From an uncultured Candidatus Saccharibacteria bacterium (GTDB lineage: Bacteria; Patescibacteriota; Doudnabacteria; UBA920; O2-02-FULL-48-8), in contig CAZSDS010000001.1 in the NCBI GenBank assembly GCA_964605735.1, positions 340,813 to 404,812 on the forward strand: a stretch of DNA of 64,000 nucleotides, written 5' to 3'. The position numbers were made by a program, and so were the translations under genes. Of the stretch, positions 18,988-29,052 are shown in pieces. The notes under the pieces were generated by a model that ran no database searches, was not told the DNA's origin, and saw only the letters and a program-made list of their open reading frames with translations. Numbering within the stretch: position 1 is the first letter of the stretch; each line of letters starts with the position of its first letter.

Positions 18988-20286
18988 TTAAAATTCCTCG
19001 TAATCTCGCATGACCATTTGCGCCTGGGTTTGTTTGATGACCTCAATCACCACAGAAACCACAATCAGCAAACTGGTTCCGCCCAAAGTCAGAGCCTGCG
19101 TTTTGGTGAAATACTGGACGATGTAAGGGAGGACGGCAACTAACCCCAAGAATACGGCGCCAGCCAATGTGATTCGATTCAGAACTTTGTACAGGAACTC
19201 TGCGGTCTGACGGCCTGGGCGCAAACCTGGCACAAATCCGCCCTGCTTTTGCACATTATCCGCAATCTCATCAGGGTTGAAGACAATTGCAGTGTAGAAG
19301 TATGTGAAAGCGACCACCAAAATGAAGTACATGATGCCGTAGTAAGTCTGGTTCTGGAAGAAGACGTTTATGTCCTGAGCGGCATTCGCAATCCATGGAG
19401 TCTTGGCTTGTGAGAAAAAATTTGCGATCAATCCAGGGAAAAGCAAAATGGAAATTGCAAAGATGATTGGAATAACGCCGGCCTGGTTAATGCGCAATGG
19501 TAAGTGAGTGTTCACACCTCCATACATTTTGTTGCCGCGCACTCGTTTGGCGTATGACACTGGAATATTGCGCTGGGCTTCCGTAATCAGGACAATGCCG
19601 GCAATCACCAGCAGGGACGCAATCAGGAAGCCAATTACCATACCAAGGCTCTGGCCGGCAATCTGCCCGGAGGCATCCGTTATGCTGGTCCAGATCTGCT
19701 GGCCGTACTGAGGCAGCTGCGCCACAATACCTGCAAAAATTATCAATGAAATTCCGTTGCCGAGTTTGTATTCTGTAATCAATTCACCAATCCACATCAG
19801 GAGCATGGTGCCAGCGGTGACTGACAGCAATGTCACGAACCACTGGAAAGGCGTGAAATCAAGGACAATGCCTGACCCAGAAGTTCTGGAAAGCAGAATG
19901 ATTGTTCCGTAAGCCTGAATTGCAGCCAAAGGCACAGTCAGGACGCGCATGTACTGGTTGATTTTAGCCCTGCCAGCTTCCCCACCCTCTTTCTGCAGTT
20001 CACCCAATTTAGGAATGATGATTGTTAAAAGCTGCATGATAATGGACGCGGTAATATAAGGACCAACACCAAGCATTGCTACGGAAAAATTGCTCAACGC
20101 GCCACCAGAAAAAATGTTATACAACCCAAAAAGCTGGTTGCTGTTTAACAAAGCCTGCAAGTTTCCAACTTCCAGGCCTGGGATAGGCACGTGAGCCAGA
20201 ATTCTGGTGACAACCAGAAGCATGGCAACAATAAAAATCTTATTGCGAAGCTCCTTTACTTTCCAGATTTGAGCTAAACGTGACAT
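18988..20286 (-). CDS. secY: preprotein translocase subunit SecY
   Basis: 432 aa with 10 TM segments and typical SecY conserved loops. Confidence 0.95.
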   Translation of the reverse strand: MSRLAQIWKVKELRNKIFIVAMLLVVTRILAHVPIPGLEVGNLQALLNSNQLFGLYNIFSGGALSNFSVAMLGVGPYITASIIMQLLTIIIPKLGELQKEGGEAGRAKINQYMRVLTVPLAAIQAYGTIILLSRTSGSGIVLDFTPFQWFVTLLSVTAGTMLLMWIGELITEYKLGNGISLIIFAGIVAQLPQYGQQIWTSITDASGQIAGQSLGMVIGFLIASLLVIAGIVLITEAQRNIPVSYAKRVRGNKMYGGVNTHLPLRINQAGVIPIIFAISILLFPGLIANFFSQAKTPWIANAAQDINVFFQNQTYYGIMYFILVVAFTYFYTAIVFNPDEIADNVQKQGGFVPGLRPGRQTAEFLYKVLNRITLAGAVFLGLVAVLPYIVQYFTKTQALTLGGTSLLIVVSVVIEVIKQTQAQMVMRDYEEF

Positions 20287-20307
20287 ATGTATTGATTTAA
20301 ATTTAAA

Positions 20308-20790
20308 TTAAGCTTTTTTTACTTCAGTTGCAGGTTGGGAAGCCGCAGGTTCGGAGATTTTTCCGCCAGCTTTTTCAATCTTCTCGCGTGCCTGCAGAGA
20401 TACTTCAATCTTTTCAAAAGTGAAGGATTTTTTGGTTTCACCAATGCCCAAAACTTTTACCGGAGCAAAGGCTGACTTAATCAAGCCTTTGTTAAGCAAA
20501 GTCTTTGGGTTAATTGTAGCACCTGATTCGAATTTTTCGGAAATGGTCTTGAGGTTAACTGACTGGGCTTTTGGAGCCAGGCTCTTGAAACCGCGCTTTT
20601 TTGGCAACTGGCGGTGAAGCGGCATGTTTCCGCCTTCAAAGCCGACAGGGATTTTGCCGCCGGAGCGGGCCTTTTGCCCTTTGGCGCCCTTCCCGGAAAA
20701 AGTTCCATGGCCAGAGCCAACACCGCGTCCGACAACTTTGCGGCGCTTGGTTGCTCCTTTATATGGTCTGAGTGTAGAAAGTTTTAACAT
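20308..20790 (-). CDS. rplO: 50S ribosomal protein L15
   Basis: Gly/Arg-rich L15 N-terminus (GRGVGSGHGTFSGKG). Follows rpsE directly, with no rpmD between them. Confidence 0.93.
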   Translation of the reverse strand: MLKLSTLRPYKGATKRRKVVGRGVGSGHGTFSGKGAKGQKARSGGKIPVGFEGGNMPLHRQLPKKRGFKSLAPKAQSVNLKTISEKFESGATINPKTLLNKGLIKSAFAPVKVLGIGETKKSFTFEKIEVSLQAREKIEKAGGKISEPAASQPATEVKKA

Positions 20791-20794
20791 AGGA

Positions 20795-21343
20795 TTAAGC
20801 TGCTACTTTCTGAGCTGCTGGCTTTGTTGCGGCCTGAGCTCGCGGCTTCATTTTGGACAATGCCATGTAAGTAGCCATGACGTTATTGATCTTGTTTGAA
20901 GAGCCGATCATCTTTGAAAGCACATTCTTCACGCCAACCATATCCAACACTTGTCGGATGGCGCCGCCGGCAATAACACCTGTACCCGGCTTAGCTGGCT
21001 TCAAGAATACGGTGGCAGATTTAAACTTAAGCTTGATCTCGTGAGGAATGGTGTCGTTTACCAATGGAACGGTAATCATATTCTTTTTAGCTGTGTTGAC
21101 GGCTTTGTTCATTGCTTCTGAGACGTCTCCGCCTTTGCGCACGCCAATACCGACCCGGCCTTTCTTGTCGCCGATCACAACCAAAGCACGGAATCGCATT
21201 CGCTTACCACCGCCGGTCACGCGAGTAACGCGTGCAACTTCAATGGTCTTCTGTTCGAATTCCCTTTTGCCTTGTTCGCCGCGTCCGCCTGGTCGGCGTC
21301 CGCGTCTTTGTCCATGTTGTCCTGTTTGTCCTTGAGGTCTCAT
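20795..21343 (-). CDS. rpsE: 30S ribosomal protein S5
   Basis: S5 dsRBD and C-terminal domains; R/G-rich N-terminal extension. Confidence 0.93.
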   Translation of the reverse strand: MRPQGQTGQHGQRRGRRPGGRGEQGKREFEQKTIEVARVTRVTGGGKRMRFRALVVIGDKKGRVGIGVRKGGDVSEAMNKAVNTAKKNMITVPLVNDTIPHEIKLKFKSATVFLKPAKPGTGVIAGGAIRQVLDMVGVKNVLSKMIGSSNKINNVMATYMALSKMKPRAQAATKPAAQKVAA

Positions 21344-21352
21344 AAGATTTCC

Positions 21353-21700
21353 TTAAAACTTCAATCCGGCTTCGCGTGCTGCGTCAGCCAAACTCTTAAT
21401 GCGGCCGTGATAGCGGTTGCCTCCTCGATCAAAGACAACTTCAGTAATGCCAGCTGATTTCGCTTTTTCTGCAGCCAACTTGCCCACTTGTGCGGCAATG
21501 TCGGTTTTCTTGGCTTTGGCAGACAGTTCTTTTGAAGAAGCTGAAGCCAAAGTCTTTCCGGCCTGGTCATCAATCATCTGTACGTAAATATGGTTGGTGG
21601 ATCGGAAAACGCTCATGCGAGGACGGTCCTTGGTGCCGCTAACTGTCGCACGGATGCGGTTGCGGCGCAAAGCTTTCAACTGAGTCTTGTTGGTTCTCAT
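21353..21700 (-). CDS. rplR: 50S ribosomal protein L18
   Basis: 115 aa, typical L18 family sequence; position between rpsE and rplF. Confidence 0.92.
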   Translation of the reverse strand: MRTNKTQLKALRRNRIRATVSGTKDRPRMSVFRSTNHIYVQMIDDQAGKTLASASSKELSAKAKKTDIAAQVGKLAAEKAKSAGITEVVFDRGGNRYHGRIKSLADAAREAGLKF

Positions 21701-21701
21701 A

Positions 21702-22256
21702 TTACTTGCCTCCTCCCACAGCCTTCACTACCTTACCTGCCTTGCGGCGGATGGTTTCATCGCTGTACTTAATGCCTTTGCCTTTGTATGGCTCCGGTGG
21801 TCTCTGCTCGCGAACAACAGCCGCAAACTGGCCAACCATCTGCCTGTCGAATCCAGAAATAGTAATAGTGTTCTTTTCAACTTTTACTTCCAGTCCTTTA
21901 GGGATTTCCATTTCAACCGGGTGGGAGTAACCCAGGTTCAAAACAAGTTTTGTTCCCTGAACCGCTGCCTTATAACCTACTCCGTTGACTTCCAAAACTT
22001 TGGTAAAGCCATTTGTCACGCCAGTAACCATGTTATTGATCAAAGCGCGGAACAAACCCCAGAGCGCGCGTTCCTGTTTGTTGTCAGGGCGGGCAACGCT
22101 GACGGTGATTTCATTGTTCTCCAAAGCCACTTGGACTTTTGGATGCAATTCCAAAGACAGTTCGCCTTTAGCGCCTTTGATTTTCACCATATTCTCTTTG
22201 ACTTCGGCAGTGACTCCTGAAGGGAGTGTTACCGGCTTTTTACCTACGCGGCTCAT
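21702..22256 (-). CDS. rplF: 50S ribosomal protein L6
   Basis: Starts MSRVGKKPV (ATG 22254-22256 verified); two L6 repeats. Confidence 0.93.
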   Translation of the reverse strand: MSRVGKKPVTLPSGVTAEVKENMVKIKGAKGELSLELHPKVQVALENNEITVSVARPDNKQERALWGLFRALINNMVTGVTNGFTKVLEVNGVGYKAAVQGTKLVLNLGYSHPVEMEIPKGLEVKVEKNTITISGFDRQMVGQFAAVVREQRPPEPYKGKGIKYSDETIRRKAGKVVKAVGGGK

Positions 22257-22260
22257 AAAT

Positions 22261-22653
22261 TTACCAAATCTGGCAGATAATTTCGCCACCGACCTTTTGG
22301 GTGCGGGCGTTCTTATCTGTCATTAATCCTCTAGAAGTCGAGACAACAGTGATTCCAGCACCGCCTAAGGCGCGCGGAATTTCTGCGTTGCGGGTGTAGA
22401 TTCTTTGTCCTGGCTTGGAAATTCTCTTCAATCCGGTGATTGCTGGTTCGCCAGTTCCGTCATACTTTAAGCCAAGAACCAAAGTTTTCATGACGCCATC
22501 TTCCTTTACGTCAGCGCTCTTTAACCAGCCTTCGGCTACCAAAAGCTTGGCCAAGTTGTGCTTGAACTTTGAGTATGGCAAAGATACTTCCTGCTTCTTT
22601 ACCATCAGGGCGTTTCTGATTCTTGTTAACATGTCTGAAATTGTGTCAGTCAT
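22261..22653 (-). CDS. rpsH: 30S ribosomal protein S8
   Basis: Starts MTDTISDMLTRIRNA (ATG 22651-22653 verified). Confidence 0.93.
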   Translation of the reverse strand: MTDTISDMLTRIRNALMVKKQEVSLPYSKFKHNLAKLLVAEGWLKSADVKEDGVMKTLVLGLKYDGTGEPAITGLKRISKPGQRIYTRNAEIPRALGGAGITVVSTSRGLMTDKNARTQKVGGEIICQIW

Positions 22654-22673
22654 AGTAGTGTCAAAATTCCTTC

Positions 22674-22868
22674 TTACCAAGAGGCCTTAGAAACTCCAGG
22701 GATCTCGCCGTTTGAGGCAAGCTCACGGAAGCAAATGCGGCACAGGTTAAAATCCCGCATGTATCCGCCCTTGCGTCCGCAACGCCAACAGCGGCGCACT
22801 ACGCGAGTGGAATACTTCGGTTTTGTTCTTGACCTGAGTGATTTAATTGTCTGTGCTTTTGTAGCCAT
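22674..22868 (-). CDS. rpsZ: 30S ribosomal protein S14 type Z (zinc-ribbon form)
   Basis: 64 aa, MATKAQ..., CxxC...CxxC (RCWRCGR...CRICFRE). Confidence 0.92.
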   Translation of the reverse strand: MATKAQTIKSLRSRTKPKYSTRVVRRCWRCGRKGGYMRDFNLCRICFRELASNGEIPGVSKASW

Positions 22869-22875
22869 ATGTCTA

Positions 22876-23433
22876 TTAATTCTTCTTAAGTAACGCTTCT
22901 TGGAACGGGAATCCCATTGATCTGAGCAAGCTTTCGGCCTGCTTGTCATCACGGGCGGAAGTCTGAATGTTGATCTCGAATCCGAATGTGTGCTCTAAGT
23001 GCTCTCGAGATGTTTCCGGGAAAACAATCTGCTCTTTTATGCCAAGGCTGTAATTGCCGTGTCCGTCAAAACTCTTGGGGCTGATACCTTTGAAGTCTCG
23101 GACACGCGGCAATGCGACTCTAATCAGCTTTTCGAGGAAGTCATACATGCGCTGGCCGCGGAGCGTAACCATCAGACCGACCACCTGGTTTTCTCTGATC
23201 TTAAAGCCCGCAATGGACTTCTTGGCCAGGGTCTTAACAGGGGCTTGTCCGGTGATTTTCCGCAAATCTTCGATGATTGCATCCAACAGTTTCTGGTCCT
23301 TCAGGGTTCTGCCGACACCGACGTTCACCACAACTTTCTCAACTTTCGGTATAGCCATCTTATTCTTGATGCCCAGATTCTTGCTCAGTTCCTGGACAGT
23401 CTTTTCTTTGTAATGGGTTCTTAAGCTTGTCAT
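22876..23433 (-). CDS. rplE: 50S ribosomal protein L5
   Basis: 185 aa L5 family; operon position. Confidence 0.93.
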   Translation of the reverse strand: MTSLRTHYKEKTVQELSKNLGIKNKMAIPKVEKVVVNVGVGRTLKDQKLLDAIIEDLRKITGQAPVKTLAKKSIAGFKIRENQVVGLMVTLRGQRMYDFLEKLIRVALPRVRDFKGISPKSFDGHGNYSLGIKEQIVFPETSREHLEHTFGFEINIQTSARDDKQAESLLRSMGFPFQEALLKKN

Positions 23434-23438
23434 ATAGT

Positions 23439-23765
23439 TTACTTGATGGTTTTACCACACTTCTTGCATTTGCGGAATTTGCCGGAGTCAGTGACTTCGT
23501 GGCCTACGCGGGTAGGCTTGCCGCAATTAGGGCAGATCAGGACAATTTTTGATGCCGGCATGCCGGCTGGCACTTCCATGCGCTGGCCCTTTTCGCCCTG
23601 CTTCTTTGGTTTGGAGTATCGGACGTGCAAATTCAAGCCTTCGGCTACAACTCGGTTGGATTCAGGAAGAACCTGCAATACTTTGCCTGTCTTTCCTTTG
23701 TCCTTTCCGGCCAAAACCTTGACCTCGTCGCCCTTCTTGATATTCATGCTAAATCTGGTCTTCAT
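23439..23765 (-). CDS. rplX: 50S ribosomal protein L24 with C-terminal CxxC...CxxC zinc-ribbon-like segment
   Basis: KOW motif (GDEVKVLAGKDKGKTGKV) then CPNCGKPTRVGHEVTDSGKFRKCKKCG. Confidence 0.9.
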   Translation of the reverse strand: MKTRFSMNIKKGDEVKVLAGKDKGKTGKVLQVLPESNRVVAEGLNLHVRYSKPKKQGEKGQRMEVPAGMPASKIVLICPNCGKPTRVGHEVTDSGKFRKCKKCGKTIK

Positions 23766-23766
23766 A

Positions 23767-24138
23767 TTAGATCACTTCCTCAGCCAATGAAATAATTTTA
23801 GTGTAACCAAGCTCACGCAATTCTCGCGGAATTGGTCCGAAAATGCGGGTGCCGCGTGGTTCCGGAGAGTCTTTGGTCACCAATACTGCTGCGTTGTCGT
23901 CAAATCTGATATATGATCCGTCTTGTCGCCTGGTTTCTTTGCGGGTGCGGACAATAACTGCATAAACCTTATCACCCTTCTTCACCTGGCCTTTTGGGCT
24001 GGCTACTTTCACAGAAGCGACAATAACATCACCAATTCTTGCAAATCGTCTCTTGTTTTTTCCGTTCACGCTGAAAGAGGCAATTTCCTTTGCTCCGGTG
24101 TTGTCTGCAACTTTTAGACGGCTTCTTACTTGGATCAT
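23767..24138 (-). CDS. rplN: 50S ribosomal protein L14
   Basis: 123 aa L14 family ([17 protein letters not shown]). Confidence 0.95.
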   Translation of the reverse strand: MIQVRSRLKVADNTGAKEIASFSVNGKNKRRFARIGDVIVASVKVASPKGQVKKGDKVYAVIVRTRKETRRQDGSYIRFDDNAAVLVTKDSPEPRGTRIFGPIPRELRELGYTKIISLAEEVI

Positions 24139-24163
24139 ATACTTATAAACTTACAAAAATTAA

Positions 24164-24430
24164 TTAAACTTTGCGGGTAACTACCCAATTCTTGGTCTTG
24201 CTGATCGGCTTGGATTGCATAATCTCAACCTTGTCGCCAATCTGGTATGTAGCGCCAGCAGTGTCTGCGGCGTACTTTTTGGAGGTGCGATAGCGCTTCT
24301 GGTACTTAGGGTGGACCTTAATGGTGTCCACTTTGACGATAACTGTGTTCGTCATCTTGTTGGAAGCTACCTGCCCTACCAGCGTCAGGCCTGATTTTTG
24401 CACAGCCTTTTCTTCAATTTTTTCTGGCAT
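24164..24430 (-). CDS. rpsQ: 30S ribosomal protein S17
   Basis: 88 aa OB-fold S17 family. Confidence 0.92.
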   Translation of the reverse strand: MPEKIEEKAVQKSGLTLVGQVASNKMTNTVIVKVDTIKVHPKYQKRYRTSKKYAADTAGATYQIGDKVEIMQSKPISKTKNWVVTRKV

Positions 24431-24431
24431 A

Positions 24432-24614
24432 TTATTTGGCGTTAAGGACGGTTAAGATTCTTGCAATGTCTTTCTTGATGGAAGTCAAAACGTGGTTGTT
24501 CTTCACTTCTCGCGAATGGATCTTGAACTGCATGTCTCGGACTTGTTCTCTCAGGGCAGCCAATGTCTTCTTCATCTCAGCTTCACTCATTTTCTTGATT
24601 TCTTCGATCTTCAT
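24432..24614 (-). CDS. rpmC: 50S ribosomal protein L29
   Basis: 60 aa helical L29 family; operon position between rplP and rpsQ. Confidence 0.9.
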   Translation of the reverse strand: MKIEEIKKMSEAEMKKTLAALREQVRDMQFKIHSREVKNNHVLTSIKKDIARILTVLNAK

Positions 24615-24615
24615 A

Positions 24616-25029
24616 TTAGTTCTGCTCCTTTGAGATAAAGCGTGACTTTACTGGAAGTTTATGTGAGGCCAATCGCATTGCTTCCTGAGCCTGTGCGTAA
24701 GTAACGCCATCCATTTCAAACATGATGCGTCCCTTCTGCACTACGGCCACGAAGTGGTCTACTGCACCCTTACCGCTACCCATTGGGGATTCGTTGCCGT
24801 GGGAGGTTACGGATTTGTCAGGGAAAATTCTGATCCAAACTTTGCCGCCGCGCTGGATATAGCGGGTCATGGCGCGTCGGGCGGCTTCAATCTGGCGGCT
24901 GGTTACCCAGCTGTTTTCCATTGCCTTTAAAGCGAATGATCCGAAGGCAATTGAGTTGCCGGCCATTGCTTTCCCCTTGGACCTTCCTCGGTGGTGCTTG
25001 CGATGTTTAACTTTCTTTGGAATCAACAT
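24616..25029 (-). CDS. rplP: 50S ribosomal protein L16
   Basis: 137 aa L16/L10e family. Confidence 0.95.
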   Translation of the reverse strand: MLIPKKVKHRKHHRGRSKGKAMAGNSIAFGSFALKAMENSWVTSRQIEAARRAMTRYIQRGGKVWIRIFPDKSVTSHGNESPMGSGKGAVDHFVAVVQKGRIMFEMDGVTYAQAQEAMRLASHKLPVKSRFISKEQN

Positions 25030-25048
25030 AAACGTCTAATTAACTTAA

Positions 25049-25717
25049 TTAAATCTTGAGCTTTTGCTTGGTACCCTCAAACACTTCACCTTTATTGATC
25101 CAGACCTTGATGCCGATTGTACCATAAGTGGTAAAGGCAGTGGTTCTGGCAAAATCAATGTTGGCGCGCAAAGTATGGAGAGGGAGCTTGCCTTTGAACA
25201 ATCTTTCTGTTCTTGCAATTTCAGCGCCGCCGAGTCTGCCTGCCATTTCAATCTTCACGCCTACTGCACCGGCTTCCATGACTTTTTCGATCGCCTGCTT
25301 CATGGCGCGGCGGAAAGCAATACGCTTTTCAATCTGGTCTGCAATATCCTGGGCAATCACCTGGGCCTGGAGGCTGACATCTTTTACGTCTTCGATGTTC
25401 AGTTTGATGTCGCGCTTGCTTTTCTTGTCAAAGCCGAGATGCTTGAAAATCTTTTTCTTCAACTCTTCAATGCCATTGCCGCCTTTTCCAATGATCATGC
25501 CTGGTTTGGTGGTCTTGATGTTGATCACAGTACTGTTGGCGGTTCGCTCAATGTCGATTCTAACCAACCCTGCTTTCTTCAATTCGTTCATCAAGAAAGC
25601 GCGGATGGTTGCGTCTTCCTGGAGGTTCTGAGCGTAACCAGTTTTAACCAGCCACTTGGATTTCCAAGTGTCAGTGATTGTCAATCTTAAGCTGTTGGCA
25701 TTGATCTTCTGACCCAT
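25049..25717 (-). CDS. rpsC: 30S ribosomal protein S3
   Basis: 222 aa with KH domain and S3 C-terminal domain. Confidence 0.95.
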   Translation of the reverse strand: MGQKINANSLRLTITDTWKSKWLVKTGYAQNLQEDATIRAFLMNELKKAGLVRIDIERTANSTVINIKTTKPGMIIGKGGNGIEELKKKIFKHLGFDKKSKRDIKLNIEDVKDVSLQAQVIAQDIADQIEKRIAFRRAMKQAIEKVMEAGAVGVKIEMAGRLGGAEIARTERLFKGKLPLHTLRANIDFARTTAFTTYGTIGIKVWINKGEVFEGTKQKLKI

Positions 25718-25741
25718 ATATGTTCCGTTAAATTAAGTGTC

Positions 25742-26320
25742 TTATTCTCCGCTCTTGCGGTTAAACAAACGTCTCTTTAATGTGCTTGTCTGCTTCTTGA
25801 TCTTTTCTTCAGATTTAGGAGCAACTCTTGGCGCAGCATCGTTCTTTATGTCCACTTTGCCTTCCTGAACTTCGTTCTTGGCTGCCTTGGCTTCTGCTTT
25901 GGACTTATCCTGTTCTGCGGTTCGGGCAAAGATGGTTCGGGTTTTCTTTGACTTTGTCTTAGGCTTTGACTCAAGGATGATGTTAATGTGGCTCATGCGC
26001 TTGCGGATGATGAAACCCTGGCCTTGCGCGCGTGGGAACATTCTTTTCATCACTGGTCCGCCGTCTATAGTCACAGCCTTGACCACCAAGTCTTCCTTTT
26101 TCATATCATGATTATGGACTGCGTTTGCGATTGCTGAATTCAATACTTTGGTCATTGGCAAAGCTGCTGACTTGGAGCTGAATCGAAGCTGCTCTAATGC
26201 AACATCAACACGCGCCTTTCTGATCAGGTCTGCTACCAGTCTCAGCTTTCTTGGAGATACGTGAATGTATCTGGCGAATGCTTTGACTTCTATAGGTTTT
26301 TGGGATGCTTGCTTTGCCAT
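25742..26320 (-). CDS. rplV: 50S ribosomal protein L22 with ~75-aa lysine-rich C-terminal extension
   Basis: L22 core (aa 1-115) followed by low-complexity K/E/A-rich tail. Confidence 0.9.
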   Translation of the reverse strand: MAKQASQKPIEVKAFARYIHVSPRKLRLVADLIRKARVDVALEQLRFSSKSAALPMTKVLNSAIANAVHNHDMKKEDLVVKAVTIDGGPVMKRMFPRAQGQGFIIRKRMSHINIILESKPKTKSKKTRTIFARTAEQDKSKAEAKAAKNEVQEGKVDIKNDAAPRVAPKSEEKIKKQTSTLKRRLFNRKSGE

Positions 26321-26344
26321 ACTAGTAGTTAATCAAAATTACTG

Positions 26345-26647
26345 TTATTTAGCTGATGCCGGAGCGGCTGGCTTGGCTTCTTCTTTGGCCATCTTGCCGC
26401 CGTGGCGGATGAACTTGCGGGTTGGCGCAAATTCGCCGAGCTTGTGCCCAACCATGTTTTCTGAAACCAATACGGTTACAAAAGTTCTGCCATTGTGGAC
26501 ATCAAACTTCATGCCTACCATTTCAGGAAAAATCGTTGAGTCTCGAGACCAAGTCTTGATGACACTGCCGCTATTTGGTTTAGTCTTCTGGACTTTTTCC
26601 CAGAGCTTTGGGTCAACAAATGGACCCTTTTTAAGTGATCGTGACAT
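26345..26647 (-). CDS. rpsS: 30S ribosomal protein S19
   Basis: 100 aa S19 family ([12 protein letters not shown]...). Confidence 0.95.
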   Translation of the reverse strand: MSRSLKKGPFVDPKLWEKVQKTKPNSGSVIKTWSRDSTIFPEMVGMKFDVHNGRTFVTVLVSENMVGHKLGEFAPTRKFIRHGGKMAKEEAKPAAPASAK

Positions 26648-26648
26648 A

Positions 26649-27086
26649 TTATTTAGTAAACCTGAAGGTTGTTAAGATATTTTCTATTATTGCTGCTGAG
26701 GAATCTTGAGACTCAAAGGTGTATACAGAAGAATCGCTGCCCAAACTGTACATTATTTCGTTCTCCGTATCATACACTTTCACCTCATTACCGTTTATCG
26801 TAGTTGTTCTGGTTGGTGGTAACCCAGCAGTTTCTGGTCCAGAAACTATCAACGAAATTACGGTATTCCCATTTCTGTCTATGAAAGAAAATGTAGACGA
26901 TGCATCTGTTCTCACTTCCAAGTCGGTTGGATGTTGGAGTTTAAACCCATACTGGTCGTTAACATAGGTAATCACTTCAGATGTGGTCTGCTGAGTACCA
27001 GAAGTTTCCTGATTCGAAGCAGATTGTTGAGTACAAGCCGCAGCTACTAGAGAAATGCCAGCAATTAATAGTAGTATCTTTTTCAT
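26649..27086 (-). CDS. hypothetical lipoprotein inserted between rplB and rpsS
   Basis: [18 protein letters not shown] lipobox signal; ATG 27084-27086 lies 1 nt after the rplB stop and the gene ends 1 nt before rpsS. S/T-rich mature region with [11 protein letters not shown] motif. Confidence 0.7.
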   Translation of the reverse strand: MKKILLLIAGISLVAAACTQQSASNQETSGTQQTTSEVITYVNDQYGFKLQHPTDLEVRTDASSTFSFIDRNGNTVISLIVSGPETAGLPPTRTTTINGNEVKVYDTENEIMYSLGSDSSVYTFESQDSSAAIIENILTTFRFTK

Positions 27087-27087
27087 A

Positions 27088-27927
27088 TTACTTGCTTCGT
27101 CTCTTAACAATAAACTTTGCTGAACTCTTCTTTGGGTTGCGGGTTCTTACGCCTAACGCATGCTTGCCCCATGGAGTCTTCGGATACTTCAAACCGATTG
27201 GGTTATGTCCTTCACCACCGCCGTGCGGGTGATCCACCGGGTTCATGGCCTTACCTCTGACGGTTGGGCGAATACCCATGTGGCGGACTCGTCCAGCTTT
27301 TCCGATTCTGACATACATCCAGTCAACGTTTGATACTTGTCCGATGGTGGCGTAAGACTTTACCGGTACTCTGCGGATTTCGCCGGAAGGCATTTTCAGA
27401 AGCGCATAATCACCTTCCATGGATTGGATGATCGCGTAAGTTCCAGCTGATCTGGCAAACTGACCGCCTTTTCCGCCACCCAGGATTTCAATGTCATGGA
27501 TGTTGGTGCCGACTGGGATGTTTCTGATCATCATGCGGTTGCCTGGCTTGATTTCAGTTCGCTCTGCGGTCATTACCACTTGTCCGATTTTCATGCCATC
27601 CGGAGCCAAGATAAATCTTTTTTCTCCGTCTCTGTATGCAAGCAATGAAATGAAAGCGCTTCGTCCCGGATCATACTGCAAGGTCTGCACTTTGGCAGGG
27701 ATATTCATCTTGTCGAGTCTGCTGAAATCAATTGCTCGGAGTTTCTTGCGGTGGCCGCCGCCGATGTGGCGGACAGTAATTTTACCAGAGTGGTTTCGTC
27801 CGGCTGATTTCTTCTTTGACCTGATCAGCGCACGAGGAACTTTCACATCCGCCTTCAATCCTGAATAGTCGGTGACGGAGTGGATTCTGCGCCCTGCTGA
27901 AGTTGGTTTGTAAATCTTAATCGCCAT
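27088..27927 (-). CDS. rplB: 50S ribosomal protein L2
   Basis: 279 aa L2 family incl. conserved GGGH region. Confidence 0.95.
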   Translation of the reverse strand: MAIKIYKPTSAGRRIHSVTDYSGLKADVKVPRALIRSKKKSAGRNHSGKITVRHIGGGHRKKLRAIDFSRLDKMNIPAKVQTLQYDPGRSAFISLLAYRDGEKRFILAPDGMKIGQVVMTAERTEIKPGNRMMIRNIPVGTNIHDIEILGGGKGGQFARSAGTYAIIQSMEGDYALLKMPSGEIRRVPVKSYATIGQVSNVDWMYVRIGKAGRVRHMGIRPTVRGKAMNPVDHPHGGGEGHNPIGLKYPKTPWGKHALGVRTRNPKKSSAKFIVKRRSK

Positions 27928-27928
27928 A

Positions 27929-28408
27929 TTATACTCCTTCGGCCAAACCGGAGATGGTCTCTCCTGCCTTTAAGGTCACAATTGCTTTCTTCCAGTCTGA
28001 AGTTCTGCCTGATGTGCGGCCGTATGCTCTGAACTTGCCTTTGGTGTTTACGATATTCACATCAGTGACATGAACATCATAAACGGATTCAATAGCCTTC
28101 CTGATTTCAATCTTATTGGCCTTGCGGTCAACTACAAATACGTATCTGCCTTGGGTGGAGAGCTGGTTGGATTTCTCTGACAAATGGTACTGCTTGAGCA
28201 CTCGGTGGGCGCGGCCGGTATCATCCTTAAGCTGGGCAGGAGCGCTCTCTGTCTTCTTGCCTTCTTTGGCCATGTTCAAGACATCGTCGTTCTTTCCACT
28301 TGGGGTGGATCCGCCCTTGGCGGACTTTGCGACTTTCTTTGTGGTCTTGTTCTTGTTAGCACCAGCCTCTGGCTGGGCTTTGCCGGTGATTTTGTCGAGT
28401 AATCCCAT
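27929..28408 (-). CDS. rplW: 50S ribosomal protein L23 with ~60-aa K/A-rich N-terminal extension (alternative start possible near 28273)
   Basis: L23 core (RAHRVLKQYHLSEK...KKAIVTLK) preceded by low-complexity lysine/alanine-rich region. Confidence 0.85.
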   Translation of the reverse strand: MGLLDKITGKAQPEAGANKNKTTKKVAKSAKGGSTPSGKNDDVLNMAKEGKKTESAPAQLKDDTGRAHRVLKQYHLSEKSNQLSTQGRYVFVVDRKANKIEIRKAIESVYDVHVTDVNIVNTKGKFRAYGRTSGRTSDWKKAIVTLKAGETISGLAEGV

Positions 28409-28409
28409 A

Positions 28410-29051
28410 TTATTTCTTTAAATAAGTCTTTTCAATTACTTCCAACGCATCTTTTGTAACAATGACGTCGTTCTTAAGCAGGTCAATTACGTTCAATCGG
28501 TTGGCTGGCAATACGGTAACGTTCGGCAGGTTCTTGGCCACTCTTTCAATGCCGGCGTCGTGCTTGGCCAAAATCAAAACATAATTTTTGTCCAAACCTG
28601 ACTTGCCTGCAAAAGCTTTCAACTTGCTGGCCAAATCCTTAGTCTTTTCAACGCCTTCAATCTTATCCAGTACGGCAACTTTCTTGTTGTTCAGCTTGTC
28701 AGTCAAAACAGTAAACAAAGCCTTGCGGAATGCGCTGCGGTTCATCTTGATGGACCAGTTCCTGGTGTTGCGCGGACCGAAAGTGACTCCGCCGCCCTTC
28801 CACAATGGAGAACGGATGGAACCTGCTCGGGCGCGGCCTGTGCCTTTTTGCTTCCAAGGCTTTTTGCCGGAACCGGACACTTCACCGCGGTACTTGGTGT
28901 GGGCAATTGAACTGCGAGCGTTACTGAGCTGTGTGCGAACTGCCTGGTGCACCAAATTTGCGTCGATTTCTTCCACTCCGAAAATTCTGGAATTCAAATC
29001 CACTTCTGAAACTTTGTCGCCCGCTGTATTGTATACTACTGCCTTTGCCAT
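28410..29051 (-). CDS. rplD: 50S ribosomal protein L4
   Basis: 213 aa L4/L1e family. Confidence 0.93.
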   Translation of the reverse strand: MAKAVVYNTAGDKVSEVDLNSRIFGVEEIDANLVHQAVRTQLSNARSSIAHTKYRGEVSGSGKKPWKQKGTGRARAGSIRSPLWKGGGVTFGPRNTRNWSIKMNRSAFRKALFTVLTDKLNNKKVAVLDKIEGVEKTKDLASKLKAFAGKSGLDKNYVLILAKHDAGIERVAKNLPNVTVLPANRLNVIDLLKNDVIVTKDALEVIEKTYLKK

Positions 29052-29052
29052 A

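Noticed and set aside
25064-25690. Long antisense ORFs inside ribosomal and housekeeping genes (e.g. 25064..25690 + within rpsC, 33175..33714 + within fusA, 2382..2873 + within gap)
   Set aside because: They are on the opposite strand of strongly supported conserved genes, lack SD sequences and have low-complexity translations. Typical shadow ORFs of GC-biased codon third positions.
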